DNA of 63,979 bases, filler included, from Dugesia japonica (taxonomy: Eukaryota): the NCBI GenBank assembly GCA_001938525.1. It is 7 parts of 7 records of this genome, joined end to end, with 100 filler letters (N's around TTAATTAATTAA, not from the genome) between each part and the next. Parts side by side here need not be neighbours in the genome. Positions count along the whole stretch, not along the records: positions 46,595 to 55,650 come from MQRL01589996.1; positions 55,751 to 63,979 come from MQRL01545984.1; 5 more parts are not named here. The stretch is one strand, 5' to 3'. The position numbers and the translations under genes are program-made. The notes under the pieces were generated by a model. That model was not told the DNA's origin. It saw only the letters and a program-made list of their open reading frames with translations, and did not search any database. Each line of letters starts with the position of its first letter. Within the stretch, counting starts at the first letter, position 1. Shown piece after piece: positions 52,234 to 63,289 of the stretch.

Positions 52234-53108
52234 TTAAGATTTAAAATATTTAGATTTATATTTTTTATAAATCTTGTTAGATAATAAACCTTGAGATTTT
52301 AATTTTTTACATATACTTTTGATTTCTTTAGATAAATTATTATGTCCAGATTTTGCTGCTGAAATTAATAATGTTAAATTTTCAAATAATGCAATTGGAT
52401 TTGTTTTTGCCTTTATGTGTTGTGCCTTTATGGTTTTTGTTCCTTTTCCTTCCTTTTCTGTTACATATTCTGATTCTGATTCTGGTTCTGGTTTAGATGT
52501 AGTAGTAGTAGTTTTCTTTTTTCTTTTAGGTCTAACATCAATATCTACTTTTCTAAATTTATTTTTTAATTTATTAACATAATCACAATTAGTTGGAATA
52601 GGGGAAATAAATTTTAAATAAACCTCAATATCTTCAGGTGTTTCTGTGTTATCTTTATTTCCTAAAATTAATCTAAATATTCCGTCAGTGTATGGTATAA
52701 TTTCAGATTTAAAAAAGAAATATCTATTATCGAGTTCTGAGAATAAATAAATTTTATTTTCTTTTAAAGTTATTTCCATAAAACTTTTTATTTTATCAAT
52801 TCCAGCAATATCTAATCTTGAAAATTTAGGAATAATTGTTTGAGTTAATTTTCTAGCTGCGTTGACATTATCAATTGATATTTCAGGATTAAATGGAATT
52901 ACTTTTTCATTTAAAAAGAATTTTGTTATATCTTTAGTTTCTAATGATTTNNNAAATTGACTATTTTGTAATGCATTTATTGTTGGTTGTTGTAAAATTG
53001 ATAAGTTAGTTTGTAAATTATTATAATCAAGAACTTTACTACAAAAAAGTTATTATAATTTTCTTGAGCATTAATTAATTTTTTTAATTCTTCAATTCTA
53101 GCATCCAT
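52234..53108 (-). CDS. Conserved Polinton protein of unknown function (frameshift near 53045)
   Basis: C-terminal NPIALFENLTLLISAAKSGHNNLSKEIKSICKKL resembles the DPNELxxRLxLL..S..AGN...NEI motif common in Polintons. It has a GKG site, and the frame extends upstream to MDARIEELKKLI at 53108. Confidence 0.7.
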
Positions 53109-53217
53109 TTTCGTTTTTATATATCTTTCTTTATAGATTTTTTTGACTTTCTTTCTTTATGGATTTTTCTTCCTTTCTTCCTTTCTTCCTTTATGGATTT
53201 TATGTATTTTTCTTATT

Positions 53218-53789
53218 TTATGGTTCTTCTTCAGTTTCAGTTTCAGTTTCATCATCTTCATCATCATCATCTTCATCTTCAATTGTACCACCTTTATTTA
53301 CACTATAAGGATTTAAATAAATACCTTTTCCTTTGTGAATTATTTTGAGTCGTTTTTTAAATTTTTTTGTTACATCTTTCATGTTAGGATTTATATATTT
53401 TAAATATTTATGAATTGCTGAACCTTGATATGGATTTAAATATATTCCTTGTCCTGTATTTAATTGTGGAGCAGTTGGAGCAGTTGTTTGTGCACTTTGT
53501 AATTTTTAAGTTCATTTTGTTTCTGTAATTCAACTAACTCAGTTTCTTTTTGTTTTTTAATAGCATCTCTAGATTCTGTAACAGTTTTTGCAATTCCAGC
53601 GGCTAATCCAGATGTAGTTGCTAATCCAGCAATAATAGCCGGAATTGCTGNNNNNNNNNNNNNNNNNNNNNNNNNNNNNNNNNNNNNNNNNNNNNNNNNN
53701 NNNNNNNNNNNNNNNNNNNNNNNNNNNNNNNNNNNNNNNNNNNNNNNNNNNNNNNNNNNNNNNNNNNNNNNNNNNNNNNNNNNATTCAT
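53218..53789 (-). CDS. Virion core/membrane-lytic-like protein with GxGIYLNPY repeats and acidic tail (frameshift ~53505, gap inside)
   Basis: AIPAIIAGLATTSGLAAGIAKTV amphipathic segment. Adding one A in an A-run gives ...TGQGIYLNPY...KGKGIYLNPY...NKGGTIEDEDDDDEDDETETETEEEP*. Confidence 0.7.
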
Positions 53790-53807
53790 CTCTGTCTTTT
53801 TTATATA

Positions 53808-55649
53808 TTAACAATTTAAAACTTTATTTATTAAATCTAATCTTAAATGCCACATGTTACATTTTACACATTTACATTGATTTCCATGAGGCCAAGTTCT
53901 AGTTGCATTATCTTCTATGATTCTTTTATCACTAAATGCTGTTAATGCTATTTTCTTTTGACTTATAAATTTAATTTCATGACAATCAGATTTTAATGAA
54001 TAATTTGTTCCATAAATTATTTTCTTTGGATTTTCTAAAACACTGTCGAATTCTTCCATTCCAATTTTATTGAAAGATTGAACACCTTTATGTTTTTTAT
54101 TTAATCCTATTTTACCTGTGTGGGTCGCTGTGCTTGCTTTGTGGGTTTCGTTAGTCTCTTTATTGTTATTTTTATATTCATAAGCATAAGATTTTGGTTT
54201 TATAAAATCACATTTAAGTATTTCAGAATCTGGCATTTCATCTTTCATCTGAAATAAATCATTTCCAGTTAAACTATTTAATTTTTCAATGTTATCATTT
54301 CCTGTAATTTCTACAAATACGGAATCGGTATCGCTGTAATGAATTTTATAATTTTCTTGTCCAACTGCTGGTTCTAATTGGTTATATACAAAATTGTACA
54401 TTACTTCTTTCGCGTATTCAAGAATTGTAAAACCTAAATATGGAAATTTATTATAATTTAAATTTGTTTTCATTAAATGAACTGCTCCAATGAAAGATTC
54501 AATTCCTGAATCTAATTTGAAACTTTTACAACTTAAATATGTTAGTTTAGATGTAAGATTTTGATAATCTTTATCAGTTCCTACAATTCGCACGTTACAT
54601 CTATTTCTAATATTTTCAAGTGTCTTACCATAAAATGAATTATTCATATCTTTAAAGAAAGATACGCCAAATTCATCTTTATTGCTTTTTGCTATATTTC
54701 TTTGAGAAATATTGAAATCTATATAATCTTTTAACCATGTAGATGTTGGCATTTTATATTTTACATCTATCTTTTTTAATAGCATTCCTAATTGTAAATA
54801 GAGATCTAATGTTGAACCTAGGATTATATAATTTTTCTTGTCAAATTGATTCATTGTAAGTTTAATATTTTTATTTGATAAATTTTTATTAAATGATTTT
54901 TGATAATTACTTAACATGTCATTTGTAATAAGTAATCTGTCAGGTGCTAGTGGAAAATATTTAGTTCTATCATGTAATTCTGGTGGATAATCAAGATCAA
55001 CTTCATATAAATAATTCATTTCTGGAGTTGAGATTTCATAAATTAAATCTTCGCATTCGGTGAATTCACCTGTAGGTAGTGGTTTTGTCATACATGATGC
55101 ATATAAAGAATTTGCATCAAGATATTTTATATAAGCATCTTTAAAATAATAATCTGGAATTTCTTCTCCTGAATTCATAATTTTTATGAGATCTTCAAAC
55201 TGTGCATTATTTATTCGTCTGTAAGGTTCTGAATAATTATAGCTAAAAACTTGACGTTCACCTTCTTCACCTGAATATTCACCTCTAACTCCACGTTCAA
55301 ATTTTAGAAATGTATCATAAGTTTCTGATTTTGCAAATTTAAGTTTTACTTGTGTATATCTCATTCCAGGTTGCCATGTTAAACCTGATGCTATAAAACA
55401 ATAACTTGGATCTATGTTATAAAAGTTTAAACATATCTTTCTAAAATTTTCTACGTAATCTGCTAAAATTAAAACATCTAATTTCATATAGTGTAACATG
55501 TAATTCCAAAGATTTTTAAAGTTAGTTAGATCATTTAAAAATTCTTGATATTCTTCGTCAGATATTCCTTTTTGTCTTAGTTTACTAAAGAAATCATCTT
55601 TTCCTGGTATTTGGTTGGATTTTAATAATTCTTTAACTTCTTTGATATT
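53808..55649 (-). CDS. Protein-primed DNA polymerase B (Polinton), 5'-truncated at contig end
   Basis: DVLILADYVENFR (ExoIII region), YLDANSLY, KDMNNSFYGK, YSDTDS, KSYAY, KHKGV, KIALTAFSDKR. The frame stays open upstream of 55499 (IPGKDDFFSKL...ISDEEY). Confidence 0.95.
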   Translation of the reverse strand, partial: NIKEVKELLKSNQIPGKDDFFSKLRQKGISDEEYQEFLNDLTNFKNLWNYMLHYMKLDVLILADYVENFRKICLNFYNIDPSYCFIASGLTWQPGMRYTQVKLKFAKSETYDTFLKFERGVRGEYSGEEGERQVFSYNYSEPYRRINNAQFEDLIKIMNSGEEIPDYYFKDAYIKYLDANSLYASCMTKPLPTGEFTECEDLIYEISTPEMNYLYEVDLDYPPELHDRTKYFPLAPDRLLITNDMLSNYQKSFNKNLSNKNIKLTMNQFDKKNYIILGSTLDLYLQLGMLLKKIDVKYKMPTSTWLKDYIDFNISQRNIAKSNKDEFGVSFFKDMNNSFYGKTLENIRNRCNVRIVGTDKDYQNLTSKLTYLSCKSFKLDSGIESFIGAVHLMKTNLNYNKFPYLGFTILEYAKEVMYNFVYNQLEPAVGQENYKIHYSDTDSVFVEITGNDNIEKLNSLTGNDLFQMKDEMPDSEILKCDFIKPKSYAYEYKNNNKETNETHKASTATHTGKIGLNKKHKGVQSFNKIGMEEFDSVLENPKKIIYGTNYSLKSDCHEIKFISQKKIALTAFSDKRIIEDNATRTWPHGNQCKCVKCNMWHLRLDLINKVLNC

Positions 55650-55930
55650 ANNNNNNNNNNNNNNNNNNNNNNNNNNNNNNNNNNNNNNNNNNNNTTAATT
55701 AATTAANNNNNNNNNNNNNNNNNNNNNNNNNNNNNNNNNNNNNNNNNNNNACTATTAAATTATGTTATTTTAAGTGAAATTTAAATCATAATATATTTTT
55801 CACTTACAAATTCTGTTTTTTTTTTAAATAGCTAGTAAGATTATAATCAATTATAGGGTAACGGAAAATTATTAACGGATAATTGTAGAAGCTAATTTTG
55901 ATTAGAAAATTAAGCGAGTATCGTGTGAAC

Positions 55931-56137
55931 GAACCCGAACTAAAGGAATGCGAGTCTGTACTNNNNNNNNNNNNNNNNNNNNNNNNNNNNNNNNNNNNNN
56001 NNNNNNNNNNNNNNNNNNNNNNNNNNNNNNNNNNNNNNNNNNNNNNNNNNNNNNNCTAGACTTGATTTTATATAAAGATCGACCCCCCTAGATTTAATCA
56101 CATAAATCATCGACGTAAAAAGGGTAAAAACCCAACA
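55931..56137 (+). repeat. Third, more diverged copy of the terminal module (gap inside)
   Basis: gaacccgaactaaaggaatgcgagtctg at the start and aaaacccaaca at the end. Confidence 0.5.
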
Positions 56138-56389
56138 CAACTATAAATTTTTTGATATTATTGTACAGAGAATTAAAAACTGTCTATGCATTGTCCATAG
56201 GACTAGTATCGATTTATTTTGTTTAAATGCCGCAATTTTTCAAAACAATTTGTGAGCTCATTATATGCGTAAAGCATGTATATGGCATGCGTATGTCATA
56301 TTTTATGCATGTATATAACATGCATATAGCATGAGTAATAAACATTTTGTTCAAGATATAAGAATTTTACAATTGCAATTATTGCGAGA

Positions 56390-56591
56390 ATAATTGTTGG
56401 GCGTAATCATTGATCGTTTTTTAGAATTCATTTAAAATAAAAGCTTCGATCAACATTTTTTTTTGTTTTTTGAGATTGATTCGATATTTTGACTTTGTCT
56501 AAGTCAGGAATTGACTGACGAAGACAACGTCGAAAAATCGAAATATTATCAAAAACAAAAAACATTTGATCGAAGCTTTTATTTTAATGAA
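56390..56591. repeat. Palindromic repeat carrying two back-to-back hammerhead-like motifs
   Basis: Arms ttcatttaaaataaaagcttcgatcaa / ttgatcgaagcttttattttaatgaa. Confidence 0.75.
56515..56544 (+). ncRNA. Minimal Penelope-type hammerhead ribozyme motif (probably inactive copy)
   Basis: CTGACGA-A-GAC-aac-GTC-GAAA-aa-TC. Mirror copy on the minus strand: aattc-CTGACtt-agac-aaa-gtc-aAAA-ta-TC-gaatc. Confidence 0.6.
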
Positions 56592-57879
56592 AAAAATGTT
56601 GTAAAAAAAAGTTTGTGTCAAATATCCGGGTTCCGTGTATGAAAATAATAAAAACTAATTAGTCATAAATTAAAATTGTTTTCATATTTTTGTGTTATAA
56701 TAACATAATACACTCAGTTATGGAAATAACAAAGACAACAATTTAATTTGCAATTAAGATATATTTGGAAGGAATAGAATAACAAATGGATTTTAATACA
56801 TCTATGAATAATTTTTAATATATTCATACATGACCTTATCCTTTCAAATATTTTGAGAATCCAATTATGTGAAATATTTAAACTTTTTAATGATAAAAAC
56901 TTTACTGAAATTAAACTGATGTAATAACTTAAGGATAAAAAATTTTAAAAATTAAATAACTTAGATTTTACTGATAATTAAATATATAATACAAATATAT
57001 GTTATTTCAAATTTAAATTGGCTATAAATTTCTAGTGAATACATATTTTCATGTTTATTTTGAACAATCAGTTCATAATCTTTGTTGATTTGATACTCAG
57101 GTTCACACTTTATATATTTTTGTAATTTCAGTCAGAGAAACTGATGAATCTCGGAGAAAATGTAAGTCAAATTTATTCAGATATTGAAGGTTAATTAAAA
57201 GTTTTCCAATTACTCAAATAATTTATATATGTAATCAGTCAAATTTTCCAAATTAATTTATTTTAGAATAAAACAGTCACTTTGATTCAACCTTTAAAAA
57301 TGCTCAAAATTTTCATAACTTATAATAAAGTTTTTAATAAATTATAAAATTTCATTAAATATTACGAAGATGAAAAATGTGTAAAAATATTAAATTTTTC
57401 TTCTAATCGTATTTCGTGTTAATCAAGAAAAATGTTTTAATTTATTTTTTAGTGAAAATTTATTTTAAATTTACGTCTGTGAGAACTTTAATTAAAACGG
57501 TTATTATTATTTTGAGAAAAATTAAAGAAATATTTAGGTTTCATTAAATCAGTAAAAATTGAAATAATAACTCTAGTGAATAGAAAATTTTAATTATCAA
57601 TAGTTTTGTGTTTGCACTAAAACTATAATTGTCGTAAACAGCAACATCTTGTTTAGATAACAAGTCATTTCGTTTAAATAGAAAACTATCCAACACTTAT
57701 AATTTAATTGAACCAAAAATAATTTTATTTATATATTCACCATATACAAAAGTAGCAAATATTAAGAAAAAAACATTTTGTTTAAATATCATTTTCTCTC
57801 TCTTTCTCAGTCTTTACATTGTTGACTTTACTTTTATGAAATTTACAAAAACTTATCCTTTTTTATATAAGTAGGAGGT

Positions 57880-58195
57880 TTTGTCTATAAGCATTTATGG
57901 TTTCATTCTACCATTTGCTAAAAGCAATCCGCATAAAACGCAAAGTAGCCTCTGGCAATCGTTTTCTTTTGTAAATGAAAATCCATATTTCAAGTACTGT
58001 GCAGTATATTTTCTTCACTTAAGTAGAACGATGTTTCATACTCCTTTAGAACTAGCATCACCATCTCCATCTGCAGTATTTGACATTTCTTGCTGGTACC
58101 CTTGAAAAACGTCAGATTGCTTTGAAGTACTTGCGTCGATTAAATCATTATTGCTTACTCGAGTGCTTTTAAAAGTTGCCCTTTTTAGCCATTTT
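57880..58195 (-). pseudogene. Buster/Charlie (ZBED5-like) hAT transposase N-terminal remnant
   Basis: WLKR...RKYTAQYLKYGFSF....RLLCVLCGLLLANGRMKP matches the RKY..YL..GF...CVxC...L.N..MKP BED finger. Internal stops. Confidence 0.8.
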
Positions 58196-58425
58196 TATAT
58201 TTTAAGATTGTACAAATATTAAAAAATTACGAATAAAACATAATTATCAAAAATGTCTTTTAAACATACAAAGACATTTTCTGTCTATCAATGTCGCTTT
58301 TTTATAAAGAAAATTAAACAAGACCAGTAGTCAGTGGCATAGCGAGCATAATTGACGCCCAAAGCACAATATTTTTTATGGTAATCCCTTACCCCCCGAA
58401 AGATATATAGTAATATAATATATAG

Positions 58426-58500
58426 CAGTGGTTCCCCATCTTTATCGGTCACAGACTCCTTGTCCAAAAAACTATTAAAGCCGTTGACCACCTCGAATTT
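58426..58500 (+). repeat. Charlie/Buster-type TIR
   Basis: cagtggttccccatcttt resembles the CAGTGGTTCCCAAACTTT terminus and follows a TA-rich site. Confidence 0.5.
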
Positions 58501-58628
58501 ATTTTACTTGTACAAACTAATAAAGTACANNNNNNNNNNNNNNNNNNNNNNNNNNNNNNNNNNNNNNNNNNNNNNNNNNNNNNNNNNNNNNNNNNNNATT
58601 TTGTAGTCAAATTTTATGTAATAAATAG

Positions 58629-58817
58629 TATAAGAAAAAAGCTATTAATTAATATTTTTAGCCAATAGAAAGTGAGTAAATTCGATAATAAGTTTTAATC
58701 AGTTCTTTTCATTATAATTATTTCCAAATAGCAGAGTTGTAGTAGTAAAATAAATGATGTCTCAAAATATTAATTATGATTTGGAAAATGAATTAACAAT
58801 CGAAGGTTTACCTAGCA
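58629..58817 (+). repeat. 5' LTR
   Basis: Matches 62716-62905 with scattered substitutions and ends in CA before the PBS. Confidence 0.9.
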
Positions 58818-59755
58818 TGGTGGAAACGGTAAATACCGATTCTATTACACAGAGGTTATTGCCGAAAATATTCTGCAGAGGAGATGATATTGAGAAATTT
58901 CTCAAGCACTGTGAATTGTGTTTTGAAGCTAAAAACATCACACATGTGAAACAACAGTAGAAATTAGTCTCTTGTTGGTTAGATGAAGATTTGTTGGAAG
59001 AATATGTAAAGAAGTTGAAAAAAAATTGAATTTTTTCATGCTAGTTTACGATTTGAGAATGAGAAAAATATAATCAAAGATTTTCCAAATTTTATTAACT
59101 ACAGACGTGAAAATGAAAAGATTCAAGTTTATTTTAAAAATGTAAAAGATTTAGTAAAAAGATTATTTACATACAAAAATTTTACTGAGGAAAGAATGGT
59201 AACAAATATGCTAGGATATTGTTCAGATAACAAAAAAGTTGAAGAAGAAGTGACTTTGCGGATACGACAAAATATAGAAAAATTTGTAAAAACAATGACG
59301 TTAGTAGATAAAGTAGAGAAAAACAGAAATCAAGTTTATGCAGTTAGAAGTTACGCAAGAGTTACAAGTCGAAATTTTCAGAAAACCATAAATCATACAG
59401 TGAATAGATATGTGAATCAAAGAAAAGAAAAACAAAATATCGAATGTTTGTTATGTCATAAGATCGGTCGTACTAAAGCAAAAGTGGTAGTCCAACTAAA
59501 TAAAATGGTAGCCTGCTGGCGTTGTCATAAAACAGGACATATAAGTCGAGATTGTCCAAATAAAAAACCAACAAAATGTTTTGGCTGTGGAAAGGTTAGC
59601 CATATTAGAAGGTGTGAAGTGGAAACGATGTGGTAATGGTGAACATAGGACAGAGGACTGCTACACAAATTTTAAAATGAAAAGAACAAGTGAGAAATGT
59701 ATGAATTCAGAAAGATCAAGAAACGGATATAATCGAGTACACGCGATTGAAGATT
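58754..59755 (+). pseudogene. gag: Gypsy gag with multiple CCHC knuckles
   Basis: GDDIEKFL, CWRCHKTGHISRDC, CFGCGKVSH, CGNGEHRTEDC; broken by stops and frameshifts. Confidence 0.85.
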
Positions 59756-59868
59756 AAAATGTCAATAAAAACGATGGATTTGAAGTGAAAGTGATTCTGA
59801 AAGACAGTACTTAAAAATCAGGACTCTATCCTTAGTTGGTTTGAGCCATCAATTATTAAATGAAGTGA

Positions 59869-62700
59869 TTGATTTATCTTCAAGGGGTCGATATATGGGA
59901 AGATATCGGAAACGTTTCAGAAAAAGTATACAGGTTTTTAAATTGGAAAAATTTTGCAGATGATAGAAAAGTAGAATGGGTTGGAACAATTGAAACAGAA
60001 AAGAAAACAAATATTTCGTACCATAAATTGGAAGGCAGACCAAGTGTTACGATGTCAATTCAAGGAAATAAAGTTGAATATCTATTAGACACAGGGGTTG
60101 GAGTTTGAGTTGTTTTAATAAATTTCGAGAAGTAAAATTAGAAATGATTGATGAAAGATTGCGTTGTGCAAATAATAGTACACTTGAAATTGTTGGAAAA
60201 TTTAGAACTGGAGTGATAATTGTTGAAGTTTGCAAAGAGATTACTTTCTTAGTAATTACTTAATTAGAGATTACTTTCTGGATACTAACTTATGCGATAG
60301 GTTGATAGCAAAACGGATGAAAATGTTGAAAATTACATTTGCAATATTGAAACGAAATTTGGAAGACAAATGGGATGTTAGACGCACTCATCTGACAAAT
60401 CACAAAAAAAAACAATCAATGTAAAACCGTAAAGGTAACCAATGAACTTAGAATATAAAATTGAAGAAGCTATCCAAAACCTTTTCGAGAATAATATTAT
60501 CCGGAAATACAACTCTCCATTGATTTGTGTTTGGAAAAAAGGAAAAGAAGGACATAATAAATATACTTAGATTTTAGACAATTGAATGCAGTAACGGGTA
60601 GACAAGCCTTTTTGATGCTTATATCAATGAAATAATGAACAAGTTAGATGGAGAAAAATATTCAAGTTCAATAGATTTAAGAAATGAGTACTATCAAGTA
60701 AACCTTGAAGAAGAATCTCAAGAAAGAACAGAATTTTCAACTAAGCATGGTCAATATTGTTTTAAAAGAATGCCATTTGGCATCGAAGAGGCTCCAGGGA
60801 CATTTCAAGAGATGATGACAGAAGTAGTAAGCGGAATCAATAGAGCCCTGATTAATCTTGATGACATCTTGATATTTATGAACAAGTAATTGAAAATGTA
60901 TTGTCGGAAATAATGAAGGCTGCTCTAAGAATTAATTGAGAAAAGTGTTAGTTTCTTCAAAGCAAAATCAAATTCCTTTGGACACATAATTAGCAGACAG
61001 AACTGATCCGTCTATAATAGAAGCAATAAGAATGCTTGGCAAGTCTAAATGTGTGAAGACGTTATGAGGTTTCTTAGAAATTTGTAATTATTACAAAAGG
61101 TTTATGGAAAATTATTCAAGAAAAGTTTAGAACAGTTGAGTAGTAGACCAAGCAACGAGAAATTAGAAAAGACAGATGAAATAAACAATACTTTTGATGG
61201 TCTGGAGAAAACCGTGTGACTGCAACAATATTGTGTTTTTCAGACATAAATAAAGAATTAATATTAGATACACATGCCAGTTTTGATACGATTAGAGCAG
61301 TATTGTCACAAAGAGATAAGGAAGGAAGAGAAAGAGTTGTTACCTATGGATCACACTCAATGACGAGTCATGAAAATGGATATTGCATCACACGAAAGGA
61401 ATTATTGGCTGTGTATTATTTCTGCATGCACTTCAAACACCATTTGTACGGTAGAAGATTTACTCTTAGAACAGATCATAAAGCTCTAACTTTCATGATG
61501 ACTACGAAGAAACCAATTACATTGCAATTTCAGACATGGATTAATCATCTGAGTAGTCTAGACATGGTTTTGGAATATAGAAAAGGAATTCAACATGCTA
61601 ATGCAGATATGTTATCTAGACCAAGATGTGAGGTATGTGAACAATGTCAAATGTTACATGAAAATGCCAAGAAAGGGAAGATTAAAACGAGAATTTTGAA
61701 CATAATTGAAAAGAAAAAAGAAGAGCATTTAAAAATTTCTGAGGAAACAGACTTGATCAATAAAATGAAAATTTTGGATGACAAAATACATGAGATAATA
61801 GAAGAAATACATAAGTTATTATGTCATGCAGGAGTTGAGAAGCTGTGTGAATATTTGAGAAACTAATACATTGCGAAGAATTTGTGGAGTCAAATATAGA
61901 AGATAGTTCGTAGTCATGAAATTTGTCTGAAGATCAAAGTAGTGACGACAGCAACTAAAAAGAAGACAAAGACATTAGAAGCTACCAATTTGTTTGAAGT
62001 CATATTTACAGATATTTGTTGGCAAATGCGTGAAACAAGTGGACGAAAAAAATACATTCTTGGAATAATCGACCAGTACAGTAAATATCTGGTTTTTATA
62101 GACGAGACAAGACGAGGAAAAAATACAAAAAGCTATTTTTGAAAAGTGGATATTGAGATTTAAATTTCCAAGAGAAATAAGACTCGATTGTGGAAAAGCT
62201 TTGGAATCCAGAGTTATGAGAGAGTTTGCACTGAAGTTAGATATTAAACTTTGTTTTTCGAGTCACTATCACCATAATGCAAATGGAAAAATTGAAAGAC
62301 AGTTCAGGACAATTTGAGATTTGGTTAATGCAACACCTCAGGAAAGAAAGACAACAGATTGGGCAGACCTTTTACCAGAAATAGAATTTACAATGAACGC
62401 AACAAAGCAGAAGACGACTGCAAAGAGCCCAGCTGAGATCATATTTTGAAAAACGATTAGCAGAGAAAAATGGTATGAGTCAGACGTTTCAGATAAAACC
62501 AAAAAAAACACTTCAAATGGGAATACAAATAGAGAATTCAAAGTGGGCGATTTTGTACTCAAGATAGAAACAAAAAATAAAAGTCAAGACAGATTTGAAG
62601 GACATTATCGAATAATTGATAGAATTTAACGAAAGGCGGTATGCGTTACAATGAGAAAATGGACAGCGATTAGAAAGAAATGTGGAAAAACTTAGAAGTT
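59869..62700 (+). pseudogene. pol: Gypsy pol (protease, RT, RNase H, integrase)
   Basis: LLDTG; IDLRNEYYQV, RMPFG, NLDD (from YLDD); LDTHAS, TDHKAL, NADMLSR; HKLLCHAG, IIDQYSKY, YHHNANGKIERQFRTI. Confidence 0.93.
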
Positions 62701-62715
62701 TATTAAGAAGGAGGA

Positions 62716-62905
62716 TATAAGGAAATAATTATTATTTAATATTTTTAGCCAATAGAAAGTGAGTTAATTCGGTAATAAGTTTCAATAAGTTCTTTTGAAT
62801 TATAATTATTTCCAAATAGCAGAGTTGTAGTAGTAAAATAAATGATGTCTCAAAATATTAGTTTTGATTTGGAAAATGAATTACCAATTGAAGATATACT
62901 TAACA
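62716..62905 (+). repeat. 3' LTR
   Basis: Follows the PPT and is a direct repeat of 58629-58817. Confidence 0.9.
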
Positions 62906-63239
62906 ACCTTGACCTAGAATAATTTGACCTTGACCGACTTTGATTCAACCTTGAAAAATACCACCAATTTGAATTCAGAATACTAGATCAATTTGACCTT
63001 GAAATTTGCCGCCAATCAGAATTACGTATACTATATCACTGACCTTGAAATGTTTCAATCAATCAGAATCGAGTATACAAAATCACAAACCTTGAAAATT
63101 CGACTTTGAATTATTTAAGTCAATCAGAATGAAGTATACTAAATCATAGACCAATTAGAATCGAGTATTCTAGATCACTGACCTTGAAAAAATTTGACCT
63201 TAACTGGGGTGCGATATAGTCCGCTACTACCTGCCTACT
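62906..63239 (-). repeat. Polinton-type terminus with gaccttgaaa / ccaatcagaat sub-repeats
   Basis: Reverse complement starts agtaggcaggtagtagcgg, with modular repeats of gaccttgaaa and caatcagaat..gtatac. Confidence 0.65.
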
Positions 63240-63289
63240 GGCTACTACATTATCTGACAGCTTATCAATGTATTGTAAGAATACAGTTT

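Larger units (their letters stand above)
46595..55650 (-). mobile_element. Polinton/Maverick (adintovirus-like) genome segment
   Basis: Tightly packed, co-oriented, intronless ORFs including pPolB, penton and adenain protease. Major capsid, ATPase and integrase are not on this contig. Confidence 0.92.
58629..62905 (+). mobile_element. Full-length degenerate Ty3/Gypsy LTR retrotransposon
   Basis: Direct repeats 58629-58817 and 62716-62905. PBS-like tggtggaa at 58818, PPT aagaaggagga at 62705-62715, gene order gag-PR-RT-RH-IN. Confidence 0.93.

Noticed and set aside
43669-55650. One continuous Polinton from the 43669 terminus through pPolB
   Set aside because: An artificial contig join at 46495-46594 lies between them.
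9363-55706. Regularly spaced identical palindrome TTAATTAATTAA as a biological repeat
   Set aside because: Always embedded in N runs; it is an assembly linker with stops in all frames.
62906-63200. Interspaced gaccttgaaa repeats as a CRISPR-like array
   Set aside because: The intervening segments are related to each other and the block ends in a Polinton-type terminus, so these are subterminal repeats.
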